Positions 17,980-26,604 of a stretch of DNA of 64,000 nt are shown in pieces. Within the stretch, counting starts at the first letter, position 1. Every line of letters starts with the position of its first letter. The position numbers were made by a program, and so were the translations under genes. Below the pieces are notes generated by a model. That model had not been told where the DNA came from and did not search any database. It was given only the letters and a program-made list of their open reading frames with translations. Origin of the DNA: Candidatus Tumulicola sp. (lineage in GTDB: Bacteria; Vulcanimicrobiota; Vulcanimicrobiia; Vulcanimicrobiales; Vulcanimicrobiaceae). Location: assembly GCA_036490475.1 (NCBI GenBank), contig DASXDT010000004.1, positions 23,797 through 87,796 of the forward strand, in the 5' to 3' direction.

Positions 17980-18336
17980 ATGCACGACAATCGACCGCTA
18001 GTAATCCGGCTTACCGATGACGAGTGGGACCTGTCGAAGCGGGGAAAGCTGCAGTTTCTTCTCTCCCCAGCGACCGAACGACCGCGCGTATGCATCGACA
18101 TGAGCGCGGTCACATTCATGGACGCTAGTTGTCTTGGAAAGCTCGCTAATATGCAAAGAGAACGCCGCCGTAAGGCCGGTCTAGGCCCTGCCACGTTCGT
18201 CGTAATGTACCCGGCGGTCCGGAGACTTTTTAAACTGGTTGGCTTTGACAAAGTTTGGCCGATTTTCGGCACCTTGGACGAGGCGCTCGCCGGTGATTCG
18301 CCGCAGGACGATCTGGACTACAAAGCTGCGATATAG
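17980..18336 (+). CDS. STAS domain protein (anti-sigma-factor antagonist-like)
   Basis: GGGAGG SD then ATG. CIDMSAVTFMDASCLGKLANM...VVMYPAVRRLFKLVGFDKVWPIF is the STAS/SpoIIAA pattern. Confidence 0.75.
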   Translation: MHDNRPLVIRLTDDEWDLSKRGKLQFLLSPATERPRVCIDMSAVTFMDASCLGKLANMQRERRRKAGLGPATFVVMYPAVRRLFKLVGFDKVWPIFGTLDEALAGDSPQDDLDYKAAI

Positions 18337-18339
18337 ATT

Positions 18340-18540
18340 TTAGGAGACCTTTTCGTCGCCCCGCGTCGCATCGCGAGCTGCCTGCTTGACCTCGTCGGCG
18401 CCCGAAGCGCAAACGGAGTGTTCGCACTGGCAGCTCGCGTTATCGTTTGACGCCTTGCATTTGGGATCGCAGTACTCGCCCTCAGCGCCGGTTTGGCACT
18501 TGCAACCGTCGCCACGGCAGTTGTATTTGGAACCTTCCAT
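18340..18540 (-). CDS. small Cys-rich protein, bacterial metallothionein-like
   Basis: 66 aa with 8 Cys and 1 His in 32 residues: NCRGDGCKCQTGAEGEYCDPKCKASNDNASCQCEHSVC. The C-x-C...G-x-YC-xxx-C arrangement recalls the SmtA/BmtA family. Confidence 0.5.
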   Translation of the reverse strand: MEGSKYNCRGDGCKCQTGAEGEYCDPKCKASNDNASCQCEHSVCASGADEVKQAARDATRGDEKVS

Positions 18541-18575
18541 CGCTCCCTCTTACCCATCTACGGGCGTTATCGGCG

Positions 18576-19175
18576 TCAGTTGCGTTGTGCCAGTACTTCG
18601 TAGGCGATCGGCTTGCACTGTCCGGCGTTGGTCAACTCCGACGAACATGCAGTGATTCCAACGATAAGATCCCGCTGGGCGCGTAGCTCGAAGCGGTCGC
18701 CAACGCGCGACGGCGGAGGATGGATCGTTATGCGCCCGTCTGGATCGACACGAACGTCCATAAACACGTTGAGCGTCGCGACGATAGCATGCGGGCCGAT
18801 TCCGAAGGGCGCAAGCGATGCCGTTAGGTTTGCGTGGCAGCTCGGGTGGCCGAACTCGCCGCGCTTGGCAAACATTGCCTGGCTGCACGGGGCGAGCAAC
18901 ATATCGTGAACGCCGACGTCGTCGCGCGTTATCACTGCGAGTTCGTTGCTGCGTTGCGAGTAGAGCGCATCGTCGACGCGCACTTTGATACGTTCGAGAT
19001 AGTCGATGGTTCGGCCGGGCGAAAACGACTCTAACACGTCGGCGGCGCTGAACAAGGCGAGGTCGGCGACTTGACCGCCGACCGTATCGATGATTGCAAG
19101 CGTGTCACCGCGACGCAGCTGCACCGCAGTGCCGGTTTTGGGCGCTAGGAGTGTTGTTGGGGACGAAACGGGCAT
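18576..19175 (-). CDS. DUF1989 (urea-carboxylase-associated) family protein
   Basis: LRRGDTLAIIDTVGGQVADL...SPGRTIDY...VHDMLLAPCS...GHPSCHANL...LNVFMDV...GDRFELRAQRDLIVGITACS, the typical DUF1989 pattern. Confidence 0.8.
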   Translation of the reverse strand: MPVSSPTTLLAPKTGTAVQLRRGDTLAIIDTVGGQVADLALFSAADVLESFSPGRTIDYLERIKVRVDDALYSQRSNELAVITRDDVGVHDMLLAPCSQAMFAKRGEFGHPSCHANLTASLAPFGIGPHAIVATLNVFMDVRVDPDGRITIHPPPSRVGDRFELRAQRDLIVGITACSSELTNAGQCKPIAYEVLAQRN

Positions 19176-19942
19176 TTCCAGTCATCCTCCGTCGCGCGGC
19201 CTGCGTACTGGCGCGCCTCACTGCGGGTTCCGAATTCGCGAAGTTCGGGATTTAGCGATCCTTGCAGCGTGAGTTCGCGTTTGCGAACGGCCGTTACGAT
19301 GCGATCGAAGTCTCCCGTTTGTCGGGCGGTGTCGAACTGGTCGTGCGAGTTGAACGCGAGGGCCGGCATGAAGAACCGTCGCGACGTGCGAGACGCGTTA
19401 GGATGCATGCCGACGATAAAAAATGCGGTTCCTGCGAAGCTGAATGAGAATTGTGGGTTTGCGGGATCGCTGGCTACGGACGCGTTGTACGGATTGTGGC
19501 GCGCGTCGAGTTCGTGGAGACGTTGTAGAATGCGCCAGAGATTGCGTTCGAACCAGCGTTCGTCGCCGCAGCTGAGTTCCTCGAACGTGGCGACAAATGT
19601 GGCGTAGCGTGAGTGTATGGACGGGCGCTCGGCCACGAAGGCCGCGAGGTCTCTTGCGACGCCTTCTATCGCTTCGGAGGGTGCGAAGCCGGGATAATAG
19701 CCGAAGCGGTAACCGCCGGCAGTTACGGCGGCCTTTGCAGCCACGCACGAGCAGTTGTCGCTTTGTACGAACGCGCGCAGCGATGCATCGGTAATGCGAG
19801 CGCGAGGCGATGGCTCGCGTCGATCGATCAGCCGCGTGAGCGTGTCGTTTTCGAAGGCGCTGTAGTTGCTGAACCTGCGCGCTGCCGCCGATACGAACGG
19901 TGAGGATATAGTGTATTCGTCGAGCGGAGTATCGGCGTTCAC
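19145..19942 (-). CDS. YqcI/YcgG family protein (heme-dependent oxygenase-like family)
   Basis: GTG 19942 overlaps the upstream stop (GTGA). NCSCVAAKAAV...YATFVATF...FERNLWRILQRLH...FSFSFAGTAFFIVGMHPNASRTSRRFFMPALAFNSHDQF matches the YqcI/YcgG pattern. Confidence 0.8.
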   Translation of the reverse strand: MNADTPLDEYTISSPFVSAAARRFSNYSAFENDTLTRLIDRREPSPRARITDASLRAFVQSDNCSCVAAKAAVTAGGYRFGYYPGFAPSEAIEGVARDLAAFVAERPSIHSRYATFVATFEELSCGDERWFERNLWRILQRLHELDARHNPYNASVASDPANPQFSFSFAGTAFFIVGMHPNASRTSRRFFMPALAFNSHDQFDTARQTGDFDRIVTAVRKRELTLQGSLNPELREFGTRSEARQYAGRATEDDWKCPFRPQQHS

Positions 19943-20907
19943 GGTGTGTTTCTTGTCAGGCGTGCGGGTGGTGTTGCGGCATCGCGAATCACGTTCCCAG
20001 CGTAGCGAATGCCGCCGCGGGAAACGCGTTGGTAGATGGCGATCCACGCGCATAGTCCGCGTTCTACCAGCCAGAGCGGGGCGGCGGCGACGCTCCAGAG
20101 TGAGAAGTGCGCCCAGGCACCGTCGCGGAGCCAACCGGCGAATGCGAGAGCGATTCCGGCGATCGCTAGCGCTTCAGCGACGGCGGGCGCTTTTAGCAGC
20201 ACTGAGGCGCAGAGTAGTGGGATAATGGTTAGCGCTACGGCGAGTCGCGCGGGCCGCGCGAATTCGTCGTAAGCTTGGCGCACGCGCTGGCTCCAGTATT
20301 GCTGGGACGTTGGGGCTAGACGGCGCACGAAGATGTCGCGAGCGACACGCTCTCTCCCGCCGTTGGCGCGGATGGTTCGGACGAGTTCTAGGTTTTCAAA
20401 CAGCACGTCGGCGTTGTAGCCATCGGGCAAGGCGCTCTTGCGAATTGCGAGCGTACCGGGCCAGTCGCCGTCGAGGCTTCGATTGATCAGCGAGCGCGCA
20501 CCGTCCAAGATCGCATGCCAGGGCGTGGGTTTGAAATAGTTCTGCGGGCGTACGACTTCGGCGCTGCCCAGTGCTTCGATAACCGCGCGCAAAGCGTTTT
20601 GGTCGTAACGAACGTCGTCGTCGGCAATGACGACGCGCTCGCGCGTAGCGTGCTGTAGACCGGTGAGGACGCCGCGCACTTTGCCGTTAAGGCCTCGCAG
20701 GGACGGATCTGGCGACAGATGCTTTACTGCGGTGGGCAGAGCGTCGCGCAGCGCGTCGAACGCGGCGGCGGGCGAGCCATCGACGACGATGATTTCGGAA
20801 ATCGGGAGCGACGCGAGATAGGCGGCCAGCTCTCTTTCGTGAGCGGGTTTTTCGCGCCGGATTGGGAGCAAGTAGGTAGCGTCGATTCTTGGCGAGGGTT
20901 CGGTCAC
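19939..20907 (-). CDS. glycosyltransferase family 2 with C-terminal membrane segments
   Basis: YLLPIR...IIVVDGS...GKVRGVLTGLQHATRERVVIADDDVRY (GT-A fold, DxD-like DDD), then hydrophobic C-terminal helices. Confidence 0.8.
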   Translation of the reverse strand: MTEPSPRIDATYLLPIRREKPAHERELAAYLASLPISEIIVVDGSPAAAFDALRDALPTAVKHLSPDPSLRGLNGKVRGVLTGLQHATRERVVIADDDVRYDQNALRAVIEALGSAEVVRPQNYFKPTPWHAILDGARSLINRSLDGDWPGTLAIRKSALPDGYNADVLFENLELVRTIRANGGRERVARDIFVRRLAPTSQQYWSQRVRQAYDEFARPARLAVALTIIPLLCASVLLKAPAVAEALAIAGIALAFAGWLRDGAWAHFSLWSVAAAPLWLVERGLCAWIAIYQRVSRGGIRYAGNVIRDAATPPARLTRNTP

Positions 20908-21152
20908 GGTTCATCGCTTCTGCCCGGCGCGTCTTCGCATCAAACGTATTTTGGCGTAGAATAAGAGACATGAATCGTTATAGACGGGCGGCTTTTGCCT
21001 TATTGGCGGTGCTTTTACCTGCCAGCACGGGCTGCCCCATGACGATTCGCCGGCGCAGCCAATGGAATCTCTGCACGTCGTCGACGTTTCCGTGCAAACG
21101 TTGAGCCGTTGGCTCGACGTTTCACATCAACGCGGACTTATCTGCCGGGTAA

Positions 21153-21722
21153 TTAGCTGTTGAGAAGCGCGAGTGCTTGCTTCGAGCGACGGTCGTTAAA
21201 ATCGTGGGCGAGTTCGCCGAGAATGGCCGGTACCGACCACATTTCCACGCCGGCTTGTTGCATTCGCATGACCGCGGCCCACTCGCCTCGCTCGGATTTT
21301 CCGTTGCAGGCGTCGAGCGCAACCATCACACGGTAGCCTTTGGCGAGGCCGCTTAACGCGGCACGCTGCACCGCAATTTCGGTGACGACGCCGCAGACGA
21401 TAAGCGTCTTGCGGCCGGTTTGTTCGATCACGCGCGCGATGTCGTGATCCTCGAGTGAATCGGTGCCGTTGCGGATACGGACCGGCACCGAGCCCGCGAG
21501 CGTCTCGCGAAGTTGGTGCGTTAGTTGCGGCTCGCCGTTTACGACGACCGTGCTGACCACGATCGGCATGTCGAATAATTGCGCGGCACGAGCGAGCTTT
21601 CCGGCGGCGTCGTCGACCGACTTCTTATCGGCGGTCTTCGCGCCTTCGACGATTCCGTGCTGGTGATCGACGAATAGCACGACTGCGGCACCCTCGAGGG
21701 GCGGAGTAGCGGATTCTGGCAT
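21153..21722 (-). CDS. isochorismatase-family cysteine hydrolase
   Basis: VVLFVDHQHGIV...PIVVSTV...TLIVCGVVTEIAVQRAALSGLAKGYRVMVALDACNG. Confidence 0.85.
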   Translation of the reverse strand: MPESATPPLEGAAVVLFVDHQHGIVEGAKTADKKSVDDAAGKLARAAQLFDMPIVVSTVVVNGEPQLTHQLRETLAGSVPVRIRNGTDSLEDHDIARVIEQTGRKTLIVCGVVTEIAVQRAALSGLAKGYRVMVALDACNGKSERGEWAAVMRMQQAGVEMWSVPAILGELAHDFNDRRSKQALALLNS

Positions 21723-21837
21723 ACGCCGCCTATACCCAAATCCCAGTCGTATTCGTCAGCTCGACCGCGTGCCGTCTTCGGTGCGTTTCGCCAATACCGT
21801 TGCGCTTCTAGCCTTCATACGGCCGCCTTTATTTGCA

Positions 21838-22146
21838 TCACTTCCGAATCAAGAAGACGCGGCGGTACGACCAACAGTGGCGGATGGCTGCACCCAATAA
21901 AACGGCCGCGCCGAGTGCGAGGCTAAAGCGCGCCATCAACGTCGGTGCGAACGCGGTGCAGCCCGCCACCAACGAAGTGGCGCATATAAGCGCAGCTGCG
22001 AGCAGCAGCACTTCGCGGGCGGTCAAAATCGGCAACCCCCGATTCTTACGGTGCAAATAGATCAGCAGGATCGCGTACAGATTGTAGCCGCCGAGCAATC
22101 CGATCAAGGCGATTGTGACATACGCGGCGGTGAAGTCTGCATTCAT
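21838..22146 (-). CDS. small membrane protein
   Basis: 102 aa with three hydrophobic helices. No family recognised. Confidence 0.5.
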   Translation of the reverse strand: MNADFTAAYVTIALIGLLGGYNLYAILLIYLHRKNRGLPILTAREVLLLAAALICATSLVAGCTAFAPTLMARFSLALGAAVLLGAAIRHCWSYRRVFLIRK

Positions 22147-22242
22147 TTGTAAGGAAAGCCGGACAGCGCGAAGGGACGCCGGTTTAAAACCGTCGTCCCC
22201 ATCGTACCTTTTTTGACACTACGCGCGTACGCGTCTTGCCGT

Positions 22243-22704
22243 TTAGCGGCGCGTCTTGCGACCGCTGCTGGTCTTTTTCGCTGCGGCCTTACGCGCAGGC
22301 GCTTTTTTCGCGACGGGACGAGCCGAGCCGCGCGCCGGAGCCTTCTTGGCCGTGGATTTTGCTGCCTTGGATTTCTTACGAGCGCCGGCCGCCGACTTTG
22401 CGCCGCCTGCCGATCTCGCGCCGCGCTTCGACATCACGGCTTCTTTCAGCGCCTTCGCTGGCAAGAATTTGAAGACGCGTTTCGCGGGAACTTTAACCTG
22501 TTCGCCGGTGGCCGGATTGCGAGCCATGCGAGCCGCACGATCGCGCACCTTGAACTGGCCGAACCCCGGGATTTTCACCGGCTCGCTGCCGACGACTGCC
22601 GCCTGGATATCTTCGAAGACTCCGTCGATCAGCGCGGCGGCGTCCTTACGCGAGAGGCCTTCCACTCGCTCCATGGCCGACCGGGTCAAGTCTACCTTGT
22701 TCAT
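22243..22704 (-). CDS. hup: HU/IHF-family DNA-binding protein with Lys/Ala-rich C-terminal tail
   Basis: MNKVDLTRSAMERVEGLSRKDAAALIDGVFEDI...IPGFGQFKVRDRAARMARNPATGEQVKVPAKRVFKFLPAKALKEAV, followed by ~60 aa of AKK/ARK repeats. GAAAGG SD. Confidence 0.85.
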   Translation of the reverse strand: MNKVDLTRSAMERVEGLSRKDAAALIDGVFEDIQAAVVGSEPVKIPGFGQFKVRDRAARMARNPATGEQVKVPAKRVFKFLPAKALKEAVMSKRGARSAGGAKSAAGARKKSKAAKSTAKKAPARGSARPVAKKAPARKAAAKKTSSGRKTRR

Positions 22705-22770
22705 CCGTACCTTTCCGTTTGAAAGCAAAGCACTTGGGGCGTCATCTACCCCTTCAACGTTCGATTTCCT

Positions 22771-24090
22771 ATGGATTTTTCAAGAAAAATGCGGTTTTTT
22801 CGCGCGCAGGGAACGCACCGTGCGACGGTAATTAGCTGCCCAATGCGCGGCGAGGTTACGATTCCGGGAGACAAATCCATCTCGCATCGAGCGCTTATTG
22901 CCGCCACTCGTGCTAGCGGCCCGGTTTCCATCGACAATTTGAACGGCGGCGCCGACGTTTCGGCGACGCGTAACGCATTGAGGGCGCTGGGTGCACGCAT
23001 CGAAAAACGCGACGGAGGCCGCATTTTGGTGCATCCGGCTACGTTGCGCGACGCGCTCGAAACGCTGGAATGCGCCAACTCCGGATCCACCGCGCGGATG
23101 CTGCTGGGCGCGTGCGCGGGCGCGGGCGTGCGAAGCCGCTTCGACGGCGATGCGTCGTTGCGCGTCCGACCGATGGAACCGGTGGCCGCGCAGCTGCGCG
23201 CGTTCGGTGCGCGGATCGAAACGACCGCCGGAACGCTGCCGCTGGAATTGGGCGGAACGCCCCAAATTCAAACGCGAAACTTCATATTGCTCGGCCCGTC
23301 GGCGCAGGTGAAATCGGCGCTGTTGTTCGCCGGATTGTTCGCGGGAGTGCCGGTTACGATTCGCGGAGATCGCGGCTCTCGCGACCACACCGAGCGGCTA
23401 TTGCGCTATATGGGCGCCGAGATTTCATGGGACGCGCGCGGCGTAGAACTGCAGGCCGGCGCGTTGCATTCCGACCCGATTCGGGTTGCGGGCGATTTTT
23501 CGGCCGCGGCGTTTTTCCTCACGGCGGCGGCGATTTCGCCCGGCGCGAGCGTCACCGTGCGCGATACCGGCGTCAATCCGACGCGCACCGGGTTGCTGGA
23601 TGCGTTGGCATCGATGGGATCGGTCGTTCGCCGTTCGAACGAGCGCGAGGTGTGCGGCGAACCGGTCGCCGACGTGACCGTTACGCACGCGCCGCTGCGC
23701 GCGGCCTCGATCGACGCGGATCTGGCGCTGCGCGCGATCGATGAAATTCCGTTGCTGGCGCTGGCCGCGGCATTCGCCGAGGGAGAGACGATGATCGCGG
23801 GCATCGCCGATTTGCGCACCAAAGAGTCGGATCGCGTCGCGGGAATCGCGCGATTGCTGGGCGGTTGCGGGATCGACGTTGTCGCGCAGGCGCGAACGCT
23901 AGCGATTCGCGGGGGCGTTCCCCGTTGGCAGGGCGGCGTTTTTGCAACGCACGGCGATCACCGTTTGGCGATGGCGGCGGCAATTTTGGCCTGCGCCGTG
24001 GGGCCGGTCGAGATCGACGATCCGTCGTCGGCCGACGTGAGTTTTCCGGGCTTCTTCGAGAAGCTCGAGCGTTTACGCGTTAGCGCGTAA
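22771..24090 (+). CDS. aroA: 3-phosphoshikimate 1-carboxyvinyltransferase (EPSP synthase)
   Basis: GEVTIPGDKSISHRALIAA...LNGGADVSATRNALRALG...KESDRVAG...THGDHRLAMAAAI. The start is uncertain among ATGs at 22771, 22789 and 22843. Confidence 0.9.
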   Translation: MDFSRKMRFFRAQGTHRATVISCPMRGEVTIPGDKSISHRALIAATRASGPVSIDNLNGGADVSATRNALRALGARIEKRDGGRILVHPATLRDALETLECANSGSTARMLLGACAGAGVRSRFDGDASLRVRPMEPVAAQLRAFGARIETTAGTLPLELGGTPQIQTRNFILLGPSAQVKSALLFAGLFAGVPVTIRGDRGSRDHTERLLRYMGAEISWDARGVELQAGALHSDPIRVAGDFSAAAFFLTAAAISPGASVTVRDTGVNPTRTGLLDALASMGSVVRRSNEREVCGEPVADVTVTHAPLRAASIDADLALRAIDEIPLLALAAAFAEGETMIAGIADLRTKESDRVAGIARLLGGCGIDVVAQARTLAIRGGVPRWQGGVFATHGDHRLAMAAAILACAVGPVEIDDPSSADVSFPGFFEKLERLRVSA

Positions 24091-24414
24091 CGTCGCAGCG
24101 AGCGCGCGAATCGAGAGGGCGACGAGCGCGATTGCCGTGCGTGCGCGACGCATGCTCAGCACTTTAACGCCGGTCCGTATCGCGAGTAGCGCGGCTTGCG
24201 AGCGTGCGATCATCGCGGGCATCGCGTCGACGTCGGCGCGGATGCGCTCGACGGCACGCTCGGCGCGCGCGGTATCGAAGAACGAACCGAGCGCCGAGAG
24301 GCGCCGGCTGCGCGTGTCGAGAGTCGCTTTTTGTTTGAGCACCGCGCCAATACTAACGGCGATCGCGACGATCGCGAACAACCCGCAGGCGGCCGGGATT
24401 ATCCAGAAATACAC
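24073..24414 (-). CDS. hypothetical membrane-anchored protein
   Basis: N-terminal helix MYFWIIPAACGLFAIVAIAVSIGAVL. The rest is Ala/Arg-rich helical. Modest support. Confidence 0.4.
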   Translation of the reverse strand: MYFWIIPAACGLFAIVAIAVSIGAVLKQKATLDTRSRRLSALGSFFDTARAERAVERIRADVDAMPAMIARSQAALLAIRTGVKVLSMRRARTAIALVALSIRALAATLRANA

Positions 24415-24416
24415 GG

Positions 24417-24737
24417 CTATGCCGCGGGCTCTGAGGCCTTCGGTTTGGGCGCTTCCGTTTTGGGAGCGGCGGGCGCGGATTCGGTCTTGGCCGGCTCGGC
24501 CAACTTACTTTCCGCCGCGGGCTTCGATTCGGAGGGCGCCGGGGAGTTCGACGACGACGATTTTCTCGAATCGGTTACGTAGAATCCCGAGCCTTTGAAC
24601 ACGATCGGCGCAGGGTTGAACACCCGCGCCAACTTGCCGCCGCACGAGGGACACACGTCGGTGTGGGTTTCGTCGAAGCCGCGACGAATTTCGGTGGTCT
24701 GGCCACATTGCGTGCATTTGTAGTCGTACAGGGGCAT
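24417..24737 (-). CDS. FmdB-family zinc-ribbon regulatory protein
   Basis: MPLYDYKCTQCGQTTEI...CPSCGGKLARVFN...FKGSGFY, the CxxC_CxxC_SSSS signature. Confidence 0.8.
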   Translation of the reverse strand: MPLYDYKCTQCGQTTEIRRGFDETHTDVCPSCGGKLARVFNPAPIVFKGSGFYVTDSRKSSSSNSPAPSESKPAAESKLAEPAKTESAPAAPKTEAPKPKASEPAA

Positions 24738-24794
24738 ATCAGGTTCGATTATACCCGATTGCGGTTTGCGGTCAACGACGCCCGGGGCTTGGAC

Positions 24795-25361
24795 CTAAAG
24801 ATCGGCCAGAATGAGGTCGTCGCGACGGAATTCGACCAGGCCTTTGAAATGGACCAGGCCATCGTCGAGCGCCGAATTCAGCTTACGCTGGTTGCGCCAA
24901 CCCTCCATCAGGTGACCGATCCGGCCGTGGTACGACGGATACGAAACGCGCAGATGCACGCGCGAACGCGACGTACGGTTTTCGATGCGGAACTCGATCT
25001 TCCGGCGGCACGAATACGCACCGACCAAAGAAAGATGGTGATTCGTTATGAACGACTCGACTTCGTAGAGTTGTTCTTCTTCGCCCGGAATCGAGGAGCG
25101 TACGACGATTTCGCTGCCAAGCGCGATTACGTCGCCAGCGTTTTGCAGGCGTGCGCTTCGTAAAAATGGCAACCACACCGGCCATTTTTCGACCGCGCAG
25201 ATCAATCCGAACGTAACTTCAGCGCTGCTCTCGACGTCCAGACTTCCGCTGAGCCAACGGCGTCCGGCGTCGCTTTGAAGATCCTTAGCGACCGCCATAC
25301 GCCAAAATTCGCTGTAGGCATAAGGCTCCCTGCACCGCGATCCTTCCACAGAGTTGTGCAC
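24795..25361 (-). CDS. SRPBCC (polyketide cyclase/START-like) family protein
   Basis: SAEVTFGLICAVEKWPVWLPFLRSA... and overall length and pattern are typical for SRPBCC ligand-binding proteins. Confidence 0.55.
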   Translation of the reverse strand: MHNSVEGSRCREPYAYSEFWRMAVAKDLQSDAGRRWLSGSLDVESSAEVTFGLICAVEKWPVWLPFLRSARLQNAGDVIALGSEIVVRSSIPGEEEQLYEVESFITNHHLSLVGAYSCRRKIEFRIENRTSRSRVHLRVSYPSYHGRIGHLMEGWRNQRKLNSALDDGLVHFKGLVEFRRDDLILADL

Positions 25362-25363
25362 CG

Positions 25364-26548
25364 CTATCCACCAATTCCACCAATTCCACCGCTTCCGACC
25401 GCTGTGGCGAAGGCCACCAGCGTTTGCACGCCGACCGGCAAGGCGGCCTCGTCCATCACGAACTGCGGACTGTGACCGGAGTGAATCGCGCCGATGCTCT
25501 CGTTGCGCACGCCCAGCCGAATTTGCAAGCCGCGGACGCGTTGCGCGAAGTATGCAAAATCTTCGCCGCCCATCGTCGGCATCGGCCGTTCGACGTTTAT
25601 CTGCGTTTTTTCGCGCACGTAGTTGGTGAATTCTTCGGCAAGACCCGAATCGTTGACGACCGGCGGATAACCGCGCACGACCGTTACTTCTGCGGTTGCA
25701 TTATATGCGCCGGCAACGCCATTGGCGATGCGCTCGACACGCGATTGCAGCGCGTCGCGCACGTCTGGATCGAAAGCGCGCAGCGTTCCGGTCATTTCCA
25801 CCGCATCGGCGATCACATTGTTGCGATAGCCGCCGCGAATCGTTCCGATCGTAACGACGACCGCGCCGAGCGGATCGGTCTCGCGCGCCGCGATGTTTTG
25901 CAGCGCGGTTACGACCGCTGCGGCGGCGGGAATTGCGTCGACGGCGTTGTGCGGATACGCGCCGTGGCCACCGCGCCCGCGAATCGTCAGATGCAGCTCG
26001 TCGGCCGACGCGTTGACCGGCCCGGGCGTTATGCCGATCGTTCCGGCATTCAATCGAACGTCGACGTGCAACATCGCGATCGCGTCGACTTTGGGATCGT
26101 CGAGCGCGCCTTGCGCGATCATCGGCTCCGCGCCCCCCGGCCCTTCTTCAGCCGGTTGGAAAATCAAAACGACGGTGCCCTGGAATGCGTCGCGGCGTTC
26201 GCTCAAGACGCGTGCCGCACCCAGCAGCATTGCGGTGTGCGCGTCGTGCCCGCAGGCATGCATCGCGCCGGCGATCTGCGACGCGAACGGCAGACCGGTA
26301 CGCTCGTCGATGGGCAGTGCGTCCATATCGGCGCGGAGCGCGGCCACTCTCCCGTGGCGCCCGCCACGGAGAATTCCGACGACGCCGGTGCCGGCGAGGC
26401 GGCGCCGCTCGATGCCGAGCGCGTCGAGTTCTCGCTCGATCAGCGCGGCCGTTTCTGTTTCTTCAAATCCGAGTTCGGGACGGCTGTGAATCGCGCGGCG
26501 CAGCTCTACAACGCGCGCCACGGTCGCTTCGCCCGGCATGACGATCAT
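25364..26548 (-). CDS. M20-family amidohydrolase (N-acyl-L-amino-acid amidohydrolase / hippurate hydrolase type)
   Basis: LRRAIHSRPELGFEETETA...ALRADMDALP...MHACGHDAHTAMLLGAA...FQPAEEGPGGA. Confidence 0.9.
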   Translation of the reverse strand: MIVMPGEATVARVVELRRAIHSRPELGFEETETAALIERELDALGIERRRLAGTGVVGILRGGRHGRVAALRADMDALPIDERTGLPFASQIAGAMHACGHDAHTAMLLGAARVLSERRDAFQGTVVLIFQPAEEGPGGAEPMIAQGALDDPKVDAIAMLHVDVRLNAGTIGITPGPVNASADELHLTIRGRGGHGAYPHNAVDAIPAAAAVVTALQNIAARETDPLGAVVVTIGTIRGGYRNNVIADAVEMTGTLRAFDPDVRDALQSRVERIANGVAGAYNATAEVTVVRGYPPVVNDSGLAEEFTNYVREKTQINVERPMPTMGGEDFAYFAQRVRGLQIRLGVRNESIGAIHSGHSPQFVMDEAALPVGVQTLVAFATAVGSGGIGGIGG

Positions 26549-26604
26549 TTGCGCAGGGTTAGGCGGCGGTACCGGCGTTCCCGCCGGAGAATACGGCAGA
26601 ACCG

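Noticed and set aside
19943-20134. Upstream extension of the YqcI/YcgG ORF
   Set aside because: Arg-rich and fully overlaps the GT2 gene. The GTGA stop-start junction at 19939-19942 gives a protein of family-typical length.
20970-21104. 44-codon plus-strand ORF MNRYRRAAFALLAVLLPASTGC... resembling a mini-lipoprotein
   Set aside because: The lipobox is imperfect (STGC), the mature part is short and Arg/Ser-rich, and there is no SD. It is probably a chance ORF in the intergenic region.
22173-22199. 10-bp-stem hairpin (GGGACGCCGG-TTTAAAA-CCGTCGTCCC) downstream of the HU gene
   Set aside because: On the minus strand (the HU orientation) it is not followed by a T-tract. The only T-run lies 9 nt away on the plus strand, where there is no upstream gene. 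It is not convincing as an intrinsic terminator.
25368-25394. Tandem 9-bp repeat ccaccaatt x2 plus a degenerate third copy
   Set aside because: It simply encodes the GGIGGIGG C-terminal tail of the amidohydrolase. It is too short and lacks spacers, so it is not a CRISPR or regulatory array.
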